The translations under genes and the position numbers were made by a program. A DNA stretch of 64,000 nt from Candidatus Poribacteria bacterium. GTDB lineage: Bacteria; Poribacteria; WGA-4E; WGA-3G. Location of the stretch: positions 79,281-143,280 of the forward strand of contig JAPPES010000085.1 of NCBI GenBank assembly GCA_028824125.1, in the 5' to 3' direction. Shown piece after piece: positions 39,679 through 48,420 of this stretch (position 1 is the stretch's first letter; each line of letters opens with the position of its first letter). The notes under the pieces are model-generated. The model did not search any database. It was not told the DNA's origin and saw only the letters and a list, made by a program, of their open reading frames with translations.

Positions 39679-39866
39679 AAATAATTCCGATGTTAAATAT
39701 GCGTTTAAAGGTAGTAGGCACACGCCGTGTGCCGTCCACAAGTTTAAAGAGGCGCAATGAATTGCGCGACTACAAACAGCACTTTGTGAAATAATGCCGC
39801 ACCTAAAGTCCGTCCCTGTCTGTGCTGATGCGCCAAATATTTATGCACACCCCTCATATAATTTAC
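39662..39866. repeat. Composite repeat. Inverted D motifs (TTATTTATGCACACCCCTCA) flank a family-C terminal repeat plus an internal segment.
   Basis: The left end is aggggtgtgcataaataattcc and the right end is atttatgcacacccctcatataat. An internal segment caatgaattgcgcgactacaaac matches 22364-22392 in reverse. Confidence 0.55.
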
Positions 39867-40123
39867 ATAGATTTGTCAAGAGGTATAGTGGAAACACATC
39901 GAATAGAACGTAGCAACTGCTTGATGGGACATTGGTTCGGACGCTTCAAGCGCAAGTCCATTATTGTTTCAAAAAGCGTGGAGATGGTAGACTTGACAAT
40001 CGCCTTATTTGCGAGATTCCGAACTAATGGAAATGTCTTGACATCTTAAATATCGGAGAATGACGCCGAATATCATTATTTAGTTAATACCCTCAATTTT
40101 AATGCATCTCGTCATATTTTTAC

Positions 40124-41074
40124 TTACCGACTCAACATTTTCTCACGATGCCATGCTAAAGCACTTTGAGCAGGAAAAAGTTCTTGTTGTTCTGGCAATA
40201 ATATCGCTTTACCATTTAATGCTTTTAACATCCATTCTGTTGGTCCTCGTTCAGTCATCAATTCTGAAACAATAACATTATACGACTCGTCTACGGAAAA
40301 CAAGTATCTATCAAACGCCCAATGGTGTAGTTTGCATAGAGAAATTCCATTTCGAACATCGTCATTGTTTGATTTATTGAACGGAATTATGTGTGCGGCT
40401 TCAGTAACACTTTCACCATTCAACGTTAAAATCTGCAACTCACAGACAGCACAAGTATAGTCGTAAATCCTCATGATTGTGCGGCGAAAACCAGGTTCTC
40501 GAATCTTTTTTTCACTTTCAATTGGTTCCTCAAGTTCTGTTGAGAAATCGTGTTGAACATAATCCAATAGTTCCTTGCTAAAACCACTGATCTGTTGTTC
40601 TTCTGAAATAACACTTTGGATTTCATTCGTCAAACCGAGGAAATATTTGTCAATAAGTGTTTTCCGTAATATCTCTCTTTCCAATGGTTGAATTAGTAGA
40701 GTAAAGAGTTCTTCATCAAGACTTGCATGTGATATCATCTTTCGTAGTTGAGAAAAAGTTTTTATTTGAGAAACGACTTCTAATGCTTTCTCATAACCAG
40801 AATTTGGGTGATGATGCCAAAAACTACGGCTCTTTAGGTGGAAGAATGGTAAAGCAGGATTTGGTTTCCTATTTGTGACGCAATTCCAATACTTTAGGAA
40901 TTTCTCAACCAAATGGGGCGATGGAGGAATTTTGTTAATTTCAATCTGTTCTTGCTCAATCATTTCAATAATTGTTAACAAGAGTACTGGTTGATGTGGG
41001 GCATTACCATGTGCCCTATCTATTCGCAAATTCCTAAACTCATTGATGTATTTTCTCAGGATCTCTTCATTCAT
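40124..41074 (-). CDS. HNH-family nuclease (HNH_2 type) with an uncharacterised ~190-aa N-terminal domain. It may be restriction- or defence-related.
   Basis: The C-terminal segment YDYTCAVCELQ...EAAHIIPFN...NGISLCKLHHWAFDRYLFSVDE matches HNH_2 signatures. The N-terminus contains NAPHQPVLLLTIIEMI. Confidence 0.6.
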   Translation of the reverse strand: MNEEILRKYINEFRNLRIDRAHGNAPHQPVLLLTIIEMIEQEQIEINKIPPSPHLVEKFLKYWNCVTNRKPNPALPFFHLKSRSFWHHHPNSGYEKALEVVSQIKTFSQLRKMISHASLDEELFTLLIQPLEREILRKTLIDKYFLGLTNEIQSVISEEQQISGFSKELLDYVQHDFSTELEEPIESEKKIREPGFRRTIMRIYDYTCAVCELQILTLNGESVTEAAHIIPFNKSNNDDVRNGISLCKLHHWAFDRYLFSVDESYNVIVSELMTERGPTEWMLKALNGKAILLPEQQELFPAQSALAWHREKMLSR

Positions 41075-41124
41075 AATTCTTAAATTTTCAAATATTCCAG
41101 AAGTAGATTACCACAAGGTGCAAC

Positions 41125-43635
41125 CTACTTCCGCAACAACATCTTCCGAGTCTCCGTAAAATCCCCCGCAGAAAAGGTATAAAAATAGAGACCACTCGCA
41201 ACCGCTTCCCCGTAATCATTACGACCATCCCAATATGCGGCACTGCTCCGACCATAATACGTCCCCGCAGATTGATGCCCCAAATCTAACCTTCGGATAA
41301 GGTTTCCGCGCATATCGTATATTGTGATTGTAACATTAGTATCAGTCGCTAACTGATACGGTATCCATGTCTCAGGATTGAACGGGTTCGGATAGTTTTC
41401 CAAGAGGCGAGTTTCAGTTGGCATCACGGCTGCGAGCATTTGTTCGAGTACCGCTATACCTTGGACTACGGTTGCGTCTTTATTAGGCAATCGCTTTGCC
41501 ATATCAATCCACTGCTGTAAAGTTTTCGCATTGCGTGAGGCTATAAGATACGATTGTGTTGGTGCAGCATTCGCTTCAGCATTAATTTCATTTACAACCA
41601 ATAGCAGATCAAGAATATCCACAACCCCATCCGCATTGACATCAGGATTTGGATGGATGCTGCCGATGATGGTTTTGCCGAAGTTGGCAGCAACAAGCAC
41701 AAGATCGGTCGTATCAACCGTTCCATCTCCATTTATGTCGGCGCGGTTTTCGCCCGAAGACGGTTCCCCTGCCCGTAGCACATATCCTTGACGGGTGATA
41801 TTCCCGTGAACATCAATAACCTGAAGCCTAATTGTGTTTATCGGAAGTGCTGTTAAGGGGGCAATGTCAAATTCAACTACGGTACTCTGTGCGTCTATCC
41901 GTTTGCAATGATATAATTTTGTGCCGTGCGCCGGGTCATCGTTAGTTGTTGAGACAAGCAGCTGAACCTGATGGATACCATCAAAATCAGTTATATAAAA
42001 TATAATTGGGAAACTGGTAGCGTTTGCGGGATAAGTTTCTGAAGTTAACATCTGCAGCGTCGTCAGGTCGTTAAATGCTGGTTGGCCACTATTAAAAAAC
42101 CGACTCACGCTCAACCATTCTGTCGCACATCCGGAAAACCTATCTGGAGCCGCACCGTAAGACATAATATATTTATCGTCTCGGAAGTCGTGATCCAACC
42201 CGAAAGCATGCCCGAGTTCATGTGCAGTGACAATTACGCCTGTCTCACCGTCAAAACACTCTCCGGATGCGGGAATAACTGCGTAGCCTCCATGTGATTT
42301 TACCTGCTGTTCTAATCCAAGCCAATTACTACCACCGACTCCACACACATCTTTGTGTTCAATAGCTTGGCTACTGACCTCCGCAACAATTAGATAAACG
42401 TGCTTTTCCATATCAAACTGTGAAGCAACTTCAGCATGAATCTTATTGGTAGTGTTGGTATGATAGTAAACGTCATTGGAGTTTCCATCAATACGATAAA
42501 CAACAGTTTGCTCGTTCTCATCAGTTTCAAAAGTAAATGTTTTTCTGCCGAATCCGTTCGCCTGCATCTGGTCAGCATAAAGGTCTTGAACATCTCTGAT
42601 GAGGCGATCCAGTTTTGCCCACATATCAGGTTGTGCAGTACGGTTGCGTGGAATGAAATAGATAATTCTCACCAAATCAGGCATAACAGACTCATAAGGT
42701 GTAATATCCCAGAGTCGTAACGTGCCATCGCTGCCACCACTGGTTAAGTAAGTCCCATCCGGTGAAAAAGCGGTAGCATTGACCCATCCAACGTGCCCGC
42801 TCAGCGTTGCGATATTCACACCATTTTGAATTGTCCAGAGGTTTACCACTTCATAATCTGTGCTGGCAAATTTGCTGCTATCTGGTGAAAAACTGAGGTC
42901 AGTGACTGTACTGTTAGTCGGCAAAATGCCGACCTGTTCCCAATTCGGTAGTTTCCACAGTTTAACGCCGCCGTTATACCCAGCACTTGCAAGTGTTTGG
43001 TCGTTAGGTGAAAACTTAACAGTAGATATAAAATCGGGATCACCTTGAAATTGGGCGATATCTTGTTGGTTTTGGAGATTCCTGACTTTTATCTGTCCGC
43101 TTGCATCCCCTGTGGCAAGGAATTTCCCATCGGTAGAAAACGCTACAGTCAAAACCCATTCGCCATGCCTTAGTGTCATAATTTCTCTGAGTGTATGAAT
43201 ATCCCATATCTTTACGTGTCGTCCTGCAGTTGCTATTTTTTGTCCATCGGACGAGAAGGCAATCGCTTTGATTTGGGATCGAGCATGATCGGTAATATGC
43301 GAAAGCGTCGAGAGGTGGCGTTTGCCTGGAACATTCCATAATTTGAAGGTAAAATCATCGCTGCTACTAACGAGTCGCTGTCCGTCCGGAGAAAAAGCGA
43401 TGGAATTGATAGTATCTTTATGGCTGCCTAAGGTTGTCACACTGCCCTCTGCCAAATCCCATAATTTAACTGTGTGATTTCCGCCAGCACTTGCAATAAG
43501 CGAAGAGTTGACTGGGGAATACGCCACTGCTTGGACACTGCCGCCGTGGGTTAATGCAGTGTGGTCTTGCGCAAGGGTAGTCAATGGAAATAGTATCAGA
43601 ACGGTTATTGTGAGAAAAATGTATTCGCGGCGCAT
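41125..43635 (-). CDS. Secreted multidomain protein with WD40 repeats, a metzincin zinc protease (HELGHAFGLDHD), dockerin type-I repeats and a T9SS-type C-terminal sorting domain.
   Basis: The product has a signal peptide. At least six WD40 units (GHxxxVxxxAFSPDG...WD) are present. A HExxHxxGxxHD motif is present. Dockerin repeats are DINGDGTVDTTDL and DVNADGVVDILDL. The C-terminus reads YPNPFNPET...IYDMRGNLIRRL...GLYFYTF. Confidence 0.75.
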   Translation of the reverse strand: MRREYIFLTITVLILFPLTTLAQDHTALTHGGSVQAVAYSPVNSSLIASAGGNHTVKLWDLAEGSVTTLGSHKDTINSIAFSPDGQRLVSSSDDFTFKLWNVPGKRHLSTLSHITDHARSQIKAIAFSSDGQKIATAGRHVKIWDIHTLREIMTLRHGEWVLTVAFSTDGKFLATGDASGQIKVRNLQNQQDIAQFQGDPDFISTVKFSPNDQTLASAGYNGGVKLWKLPNWEQVGILPTNSTVTDLSFSPDSSKFASTDYEVVNLWTIQNGVNIATLSGHVGWVNATAFSPDGTYLTSGGSDGTLRLWDITPYESVMPDLVRIIYFIPRNRTAQPDMWAKLDRLIRDVQDLYADQMQANGFGRKTFTFETDENEQTVVYRIDGNSNDVYYHTNTTNKIHAEVASQFDMEKHVYLIVAEVSSQAIEHKDVCGVGGSNWLGLEQQVKSHGGYAVIPASGECFDGETGVIVTAHELGHAFGLDHDFRDDKYIMSYGAAPDRFSGCATEWLSVSRFFNSGQPAFNDLTTLQMLTSETYPANATSFPIIFYITDFDGIHQVQLLVSTTNDDPAHGTKLYHCKRIDAQSTVVEFDIAPLTALPINTIRLQVIDVHGNITRQGYVLRAGEPSSGENRADINGDGTVDTTDLVLVAANFGKTIIGSIHPNPDVNADGVVDILDLLLVVNEINAEANAAPTQSYLIASRNAKTLQQWIDMAKRLPNKDATVVQGIAVLEQMLAAVMPTETRLLENYPNPFNPETWIPYQLATDTNVTITIYDMRGNLIRRLDLGHQSAGTYYGRSSAAYWDGRNDYGEAVASGLYFYTFSAGDFTETRKMLLRK

Positions 43636-43797
43636 AAGATGTGTTTGTAGAAAATCTAAATTCTAATACATTCCTGTGGATTTGAGGCGTTTGTAATCAC
43701 GTAATTCATTGCGTCTCTTACATTAGACTGAACATGCTCCTTTTTTATAGTAAAACTTACAATTAATGGGACACTTATGAGCATCAAACTTTTAGTA

Positions 43798-43831
43798 AAT
43801 CAACGGTATGAATGCCTTATGGCATTCCCCG
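43798..43831. repeat. Family-B palindromic repeat, reverse orientation.
   Basis: The sequence is aatcaacggtatgaatgccttatggcattccccg. Confidence 0.6.
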
Positions 43832-43834
43832 TGT

Positions 43835-44070
43835 CTCATCGGCACAAACTAAATGAAGTTTAAATAAATATTTCGGTAAGGGGGCGAGGTTAGGAAACCT
43901 CGCCAGCAGCAGGTGTACATCTCTGCTGGCGAGGTTTCCTAACCTCGCTAAATTACCCAATTTATTTTTTTATCTTCATAAAGTTTGTGCTACAACCTCT
44001 ATTGTCCGTAATGTTCCAAAATAGATTTATCAAAGTGTCCCAATAATTTCAAAGTTCACTATAGTTAGCG
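43835..44070. repeat. Family-A MITE with an internal 26-bp perfect-stem hairpin and an 85-bp tail near-identical to 7651-7735.
   Basis: The left end is gcacaaactaaatgaagtttaaataaatatttcggtaa. The hairpin is gcgaggttaggaaacctcgccagcag/ctgctggcgaggtttcctaacctcgc. The right end is ttcataaagtttgtgctacaacctctattgtccg... Confidence 0.65.
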
Positions 44071-44271
44071 AGCTTTTCTCTATGGAATAGACACTGTTTT
44101 GCTTTACATTATAACCGAAAGTGCCATTAATTCATAGACAAAAAACGGAGTTTTCTGTTATTATAAATTTCATACCTTACGAAAGATCAGACAATATACT
44201 TGCTAAATACGTTATGCTTGATTCGATAGTCAAATTCTTTCAAACACCTGTAAACTGGGAGGAAAAGGCAT

Positions 44272-45102
44272 TTGTCAGCCGAAATCCTTAATGGAACCCG
44301 CCTCGCGCAGCGGATCCGTAGCCAAATCCGGCAGAAACTGAAAAAACTCAAATTCACTCCCGGTCTTGCTGTGGTCCAAGTCGGCGATGATCCTGCATCT
44401 ACCCTCTATATCAAACATAAACAACGCGATTGTGAAAAAGTACATTTCCATTCAGAAGTTCATCGGATCCCCGTGAACATAACTCAGCAAGTACTCATTG
44501 ATAAGGTAATGGAATTAAATGTTCGCGAAGATGTCCACGGCATTTTAGTGCAAATGCCGCTGCCAGATACAATTGACGCACAAGTCGTTATAGATGCAAT
44601 CGTGCCTGATAAGGATGTAGATGGGTTGACACCTTTCAATTTAGGTAATCTATTCATCAATCGAGAAACAATTACACCATGCACACCTACTGGAATTATT
44701 CGACTTATCGAATTGACAGGAGAGCCAATTGAAGGCAAGCATGCGGTCTGTGTCGGCAGAAGTCATCTTGTCGGAAAGCCGGTCGGCGTAATGCTTCTCA
44801 ATCGTAACGCTACCGTCACTTACTGCCATTCCCGCACGAAAAATCTTGCAGAGGTAACAAAGGAAGCGGATATACTGGTTGCTGCCGTTGGAAAACCTGA
44901 ATTTATTACAGCAGATATGGTTAAGCAGGGAGCAACTGTCATTGATGTCGGTATCAACTCCGTTGCTGAGCGTCTTGTGGGCGATGTAAAATTTGAGGAA
45001 GTCAAAGAGATAGCAGGATTTATTACGCCGGTGCCAGGCGGTGTCGGTCCACTGACGCGCGCGATGTTGTTGGAGAATACACTAAAGTTAGCAAGTAGAT
45101 AA
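44272..45102 (+). CDS. folD: Bifunctional methylenetetrahydrofolate dehydrogenase/cyclohydrolase.
   Basis: An ILVQMPLP motif is present and the FolD similarity is full length. The start codon appears to be TTG. Confidence 0.85.
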   Translation: MSAEILNGTRLAQRIRSQIRQKLKKLKFTPGLAVVQVGDDPASTLYIKHKQRDCEKVHFHSEVHRIPVNITQQVLIDKVMELNVREDVHGILVQMPLPDTIDAQVVIDAIVPDKDVDGLTPFNLGNLFINRETITPCTPTGIIRLIELTGEPIEGKHAVCVGRSHLVGKPVGVMLLNRNATVTYCHSRTKNLAEVTKEADILVAAVGKPEFITADMVKQGATVIDVGINSVAERLVGDVKFEEVKEIAGFITPVPGGVGPLTRAMLLENTLKLASR

Positions 45103-45140
45103 ACAAGTACTGAATAATCTTAGATAAATGGAGGATATAT

Positions 45141-45905
45141 ATGGCATTTCCAGGATTTGAATTAAATGATAAGGTAATGTTAATTACCGGTTCCGGTAAA
45201 GGTATCGGCAGAGGTATAGCCCTTGCTGCCGCACAGATGGGAGCGAAGGTAATCTTGAACAGCCGAACCCAATCTGACCTTGAAGAAGTTGCTGAAGAGA
45301 TTCGGACTAACGGAGGAGAAGCGGAGCCAGTCGTGTTTGATGTAAGTGACATGAAATCTGTTGCAGAAGGAGCGCAAGCTGCAATTGATGTATGGGGTAG
45401 GGTTGATGTCCTTGTCAATAACGCTGGAACGAATCGTCCTAAACCTGCATTAGAACTCACTGAAGAAGATTGGGACGCAATTTATGATCTCAACCTAAAA
45501 GGTCTATTCTTTTTAACACAAACGCTTGTTAAACCGATGATCGAACGCGAAAGCGGAAAAATTATCAACATCTCCTCTACTATGGGTTTAGTTGGCGGAC
45601 CTTTGCGTACTGCCTATTCGGGTAGCAAAGGTGGCGTTGTTTTATTAACAAAAGGCCTCGCAGTTGAATGGGCACCGCATAATGTCACCGTAAACGCTGT
45701 TGCTCCCGCATTCACCCGCACGCCACTTGCAGATGTTCTACTGCAACGCAAAGAATTTTACGAAGACGTCGTCCGTCGAATTCCAATGGGGCGGGTCGGT
45801 GAGGTAGACGAAGTTGTCGGTGCTGTACTTTTCTTAGCCTCGGACGCAGCAAATTGGATCACTGGACAAACCATTGCCGTTGATGGTGGTTGGGTCGCAT
45901 GGTAG
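45141..45905 (+). CDS. SDR family oxidoreductase (3-oxoacyl-ACP reductase-like).
   Basis: A TGSGKGIG cofactor motif and a YSGSK catalytic motif are present. Confidence 0.8.
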   Translation: MAFPGFELNDKVMLITGSGKGIGRGIALAAAQMGAKVILNSRTQSDLEEVAEEIRTNGGEAEPVVFDVSDMKSVAEGAQAAIDVWGRVDVLVNNAGTNRPKPALELTEEDWDAIYDLNLKGLFFLTQTLVKPMIERESGKIINISSTMGLVGGPLRTAYSGSKGGVVLLTKGLAVEWAPHNVTVNAVAPAFTRTPLADVLLQRKEFYEDVVRRIPMGRVGEVDEVVGAVLFLASDAANWITGQTIAVDGGWVAW

Positions 45906-45937
45906 TTTCTAACTACTTATATACTGCGTTGTTTTTC

Positions 45938-45966
45938 TTGCAAATTCACGCCTTGTAGAGTATAAT
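45938..45966 (+). promoter_or_regulatory. Sigma70-like promoter TTGCAA-17-TATAAT upstream of the lipoprotein gene 46110.
   Basis: Read directly from the sequence: cttgcaaattcacgccttgtagagtataatt. Confidence 0.4.
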
Positions 45967-46109
45967 TTGCATGATAGATATGAATTTGTACTGAAGAAAT
46001 TATCTCTATTTGAATCCGTTTTATACAAATAGATTCTGTTAGCCAAATTCAATATTAATTTTTTATAATTCTATGAAAACAGAGAGAAATCTCTATTTAG
46101 GAGAAAATA

Positions 46110-48107
46110 GTGAAACGTTTTTTTCTTTTAGCAGGAATCGCAATCGTGATTCTTTGCCAGTTGAGTTGTTCTTCTGATGAAGAGCAAGCAAAAATTAAAA
46201 ATCCCGCAATCACTGATGCTACAGATGGATTTATCGCTGCACCGGTGGTTGGTGAAGTTAAACTCGAAAGCATGTATGAAGATGAAGTTCGCAGACTTGC
46301 GACAAAAACGCCTATTGAAATGATCACAGTGATTGAAGGCACAAGTAAAGTGATTGTTGAGGCAGAATTTCGCAGAGTTAAAAATTCCAGGTTTGGATTT
46401 CCACTTTATGAATGTGTCCTGACAGATGAGGCAGTTGCAGCAATGGGTGGAGTTGCGAAAGGAATGTCCGGCAGTCCGGTTGGCACTTCTGGACGGGTTT
46501 TCGGGGCACTTGCGTATGGAGATAATTGGGCAAAAACACCACATCGGTTCTTGGTAACACCAATTGAGGCAATGGAGGCCACACTGGATCACCAAACATT
46601 TGGCGAATTTTTGAATCCTCCCGCTGCACCCGGTGCTGTCGTGAACGCCACCTATACCGCAGTGAAAACACCTATTACGATTTCTGGAGTTGACTCTAAC
46701 AGGCTGCAACAACTCTCTTCACACCTCGCGGATACACGATTTAATAATGTTGAATTCTTTTCCCGCTTCGGTGGAGCACCTGGAGCACCTCCGGCGAATG
46801 CATCGCCTAACCTTTCAGCAGGGGACATGATCGGTGTCGCTCCTGTAACGGGAGATGTTTTCAACTTTATAGGTTTTGGGACTGTGACACAGGTTTATGG
46901 CGATAAATTTGTTGCATTCGGTCATGAAATGTTCCGTGAAGGAAAATCATCACTACCAGTATATAGGGCAGTCGTGGATATAATTGTTCCTCATTTAGAG
47001 GCATCTTATAAATCCTCATCAGCTTATGGAAATCCGATCGGCACGATAACGAAAGACCTCAGAGCCGGAATTGTTGGCGAACTTGGCAAATTACCGCCGA
47101 TGATTCCTGTAACAGTTACATATCAACCTGTCAATACGCCAGAACCAGTTCAAACACATCACAAGGTCGCTTACGGTCAAGAATGGGCAATACCAATTGT
47201 CGCTGCTGCAACTTTGGATTCTGTTCGCAGTGAGGTTAGTCCGGGAACTATTGAGGCAAACGTAGTGATTAGTTTTAAAGAGACTGATAATGTCTATACA
47301 GAATCTTTCAGGACTATTGCACCAGATCCGTTTGAAGCTGTATTGGGAAACATGGACATCATTGTTGAGTCATTTACCAATATTCTTGCAAATGGTGCAG
47401 GCAGAGCAACAATAGATGAAATTAACATCTCTCTCATTGACATTCCGAACATTCTCCATACAGAGATTACCGACATTCATGTTATAGGGGAAGTCAAGCA
47501 AGGTGAAGAGGCAACTTTTGTTGTTGAGATGTTACCCCATTGGAGTGCTGCAGGTAAGAATCGCAAAATGTATAGAGAAGTGAAACTGCAGATTCCTGAA
47601 AATTTCATTTCTGGACCAGCAAACTTATCTATAGCCGCTGCAACTGAATATGGCTTTAATCCGTTCAGTAATCTATTTGCCCCATCCCCAGAAAATTTAG
47701 ATGAGCTGATTGGACAACTGAAGGATATCCAGTTTGATAAAGGATTAATCCTTGTGACGCTTGCTACATTGGAGGAGGAGGAGCCTGAACAAATAGATCC
47801 TGCTTTAGAGGCATTTTTCGTAGAGTTCTTTGAAGCACTTTTCGCAGACTTATTTGATGTTCCACCTGAAGATGGAGAAACCCCACCTGAAGATGGTGAA
47901 TTACCACCTGAAGATGGTGAAATGATTGAAATGATTGATCAAGAAGAGCTGATGGATGACCTGGCACCAACCCCGCGTCCGGTCCCTATTACTGGTACTG
48001 CGCTTGTTGTCTATCGCTTCATCGTAACAGGGGATACAGAAATAGAAATTGAAATTCAACCTATTGAAGTTGAACCGGAAACTGAAGTTGAACCAAAGGC
48101 TGAGTAA
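46110..48107 (+). CDS. Lipoprotein with SpoIVB/S55-like serine-peptidase motifs in apparently permuted order and a C-terminal acidic PPEDGE tandem repeat.
   Basis: A lipobox LSC|S is present. GMSGSPVGTSGRVFGALAYG, an S55 Ser-motif-like segment, lies at aa ~118. IGFGTVTQVYGDKFVAFGHEM, an S55 His-region-like segment, lies at aa ~255. PPEDGE is repeated three times near the C-terminus. Confidence 0.45.
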   Translation: MKRFFLLAGIAIVILCQLSCSSDEEQAKIKNPAITDATDGFIAAPVVGEVKLESMYEDEVRRLATKTPIEMITVIEGTSKVIVEAEFRRVKNSRFGFPLYECVLTDEAVAAMGGVAKGMSGSPVGTSGRVFGALAYGDNWAKTPHRFLVTPIEAMEATLDHQTFGEFLNPPAAPGAVVNATYTAVKTPITISGVDSNRLQQLSSHLADTRFNNVEFFSRFGGAPGAPPANASPNLSAGDMIGVAPVTGDVFNFIGFGTVTQVYGDKFVAFGHEMFREGKSSLPVYRAVVDIIVPHLEASYKSSSAYGNPIGTITKDLRAGIVGELGKLPPMIPVTVTYQPVNTPEPVQTHHKVAYGQEWAIPIVAAATLDSVRSEVSPGTIEANVVISFKETDNVYTESFRTIAPDPFEAVLGNMDIIVESFTNILANGAGRATIDEINISLIDIPNILHTEITDIHVIGEVKQGEEATFVVEMLPHWSAAGKNRKMYREVKLQIPENFISGPANLSIAAATEYGFNPFSNLFAPSPENLDELIGQLKDIQFDKGLILVTLATLEEEEPEQIDPALEAFFVEFFEALFADLFDVPPEDGETPPEDGELPPEDGEMIEMIDQEELMDDLAPTPRPVPITGTALVVYRFIVTGDTEIEIEIQPIEVEPETEVEPKAE

Positions 48108-48132
48108 TTTAAAATCGCATCTAACCTGATGT

Positions 48133-48168
48133 ATGGGCAGATCCACGGATCTGCCCAAATTTCTTTCC
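48133..48168 (+). terminator. Rho-independent terminator-like hairpin (TGGGCAGATC-CACG-GATCTGCCCA) followed by a T-rich stretch, downstream of 46110..48107.
   Basis: The stem-loop and the following aatttctttccc were read directly from the sequence. Confidence 0.55.
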
Positions 48169-48269
48169 CTTCTGTTGTTATCATAAAGAATATCTCTTGT
48201 TGAGGGTTTTGTAGCCCGATTTTACCGATTTATTTTTTTATAGTGAATTAGAAAATAAGTTTACACTTC

Positions 48270-48340
48270 TTCTGTAGGAGTGATCTCCGAATCACGACTC
48301 AACCTATTAGCCTTAGGGAATCGGAGTTCCCTCCTACAGC
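48270..48340. repeat. Family-F repeat with CTGTAGGAG...CTCCTACAG terminal inverted repeats.
   Basis: The sequence ctgtaggagtgatctccgaatcacgac...gggaatcggagttccctcctacag shares its arms with 19211-19288 and 50482-50528. Confidence 0.55.
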
Positions 48341-48420
48341 TCAGATGTAAAGTTAATTGTAGAATCCTCTATAAACTTCATCAAAACGCGCCTACCGAGA
48401 GAAATCGCGTTAATTTGGTG

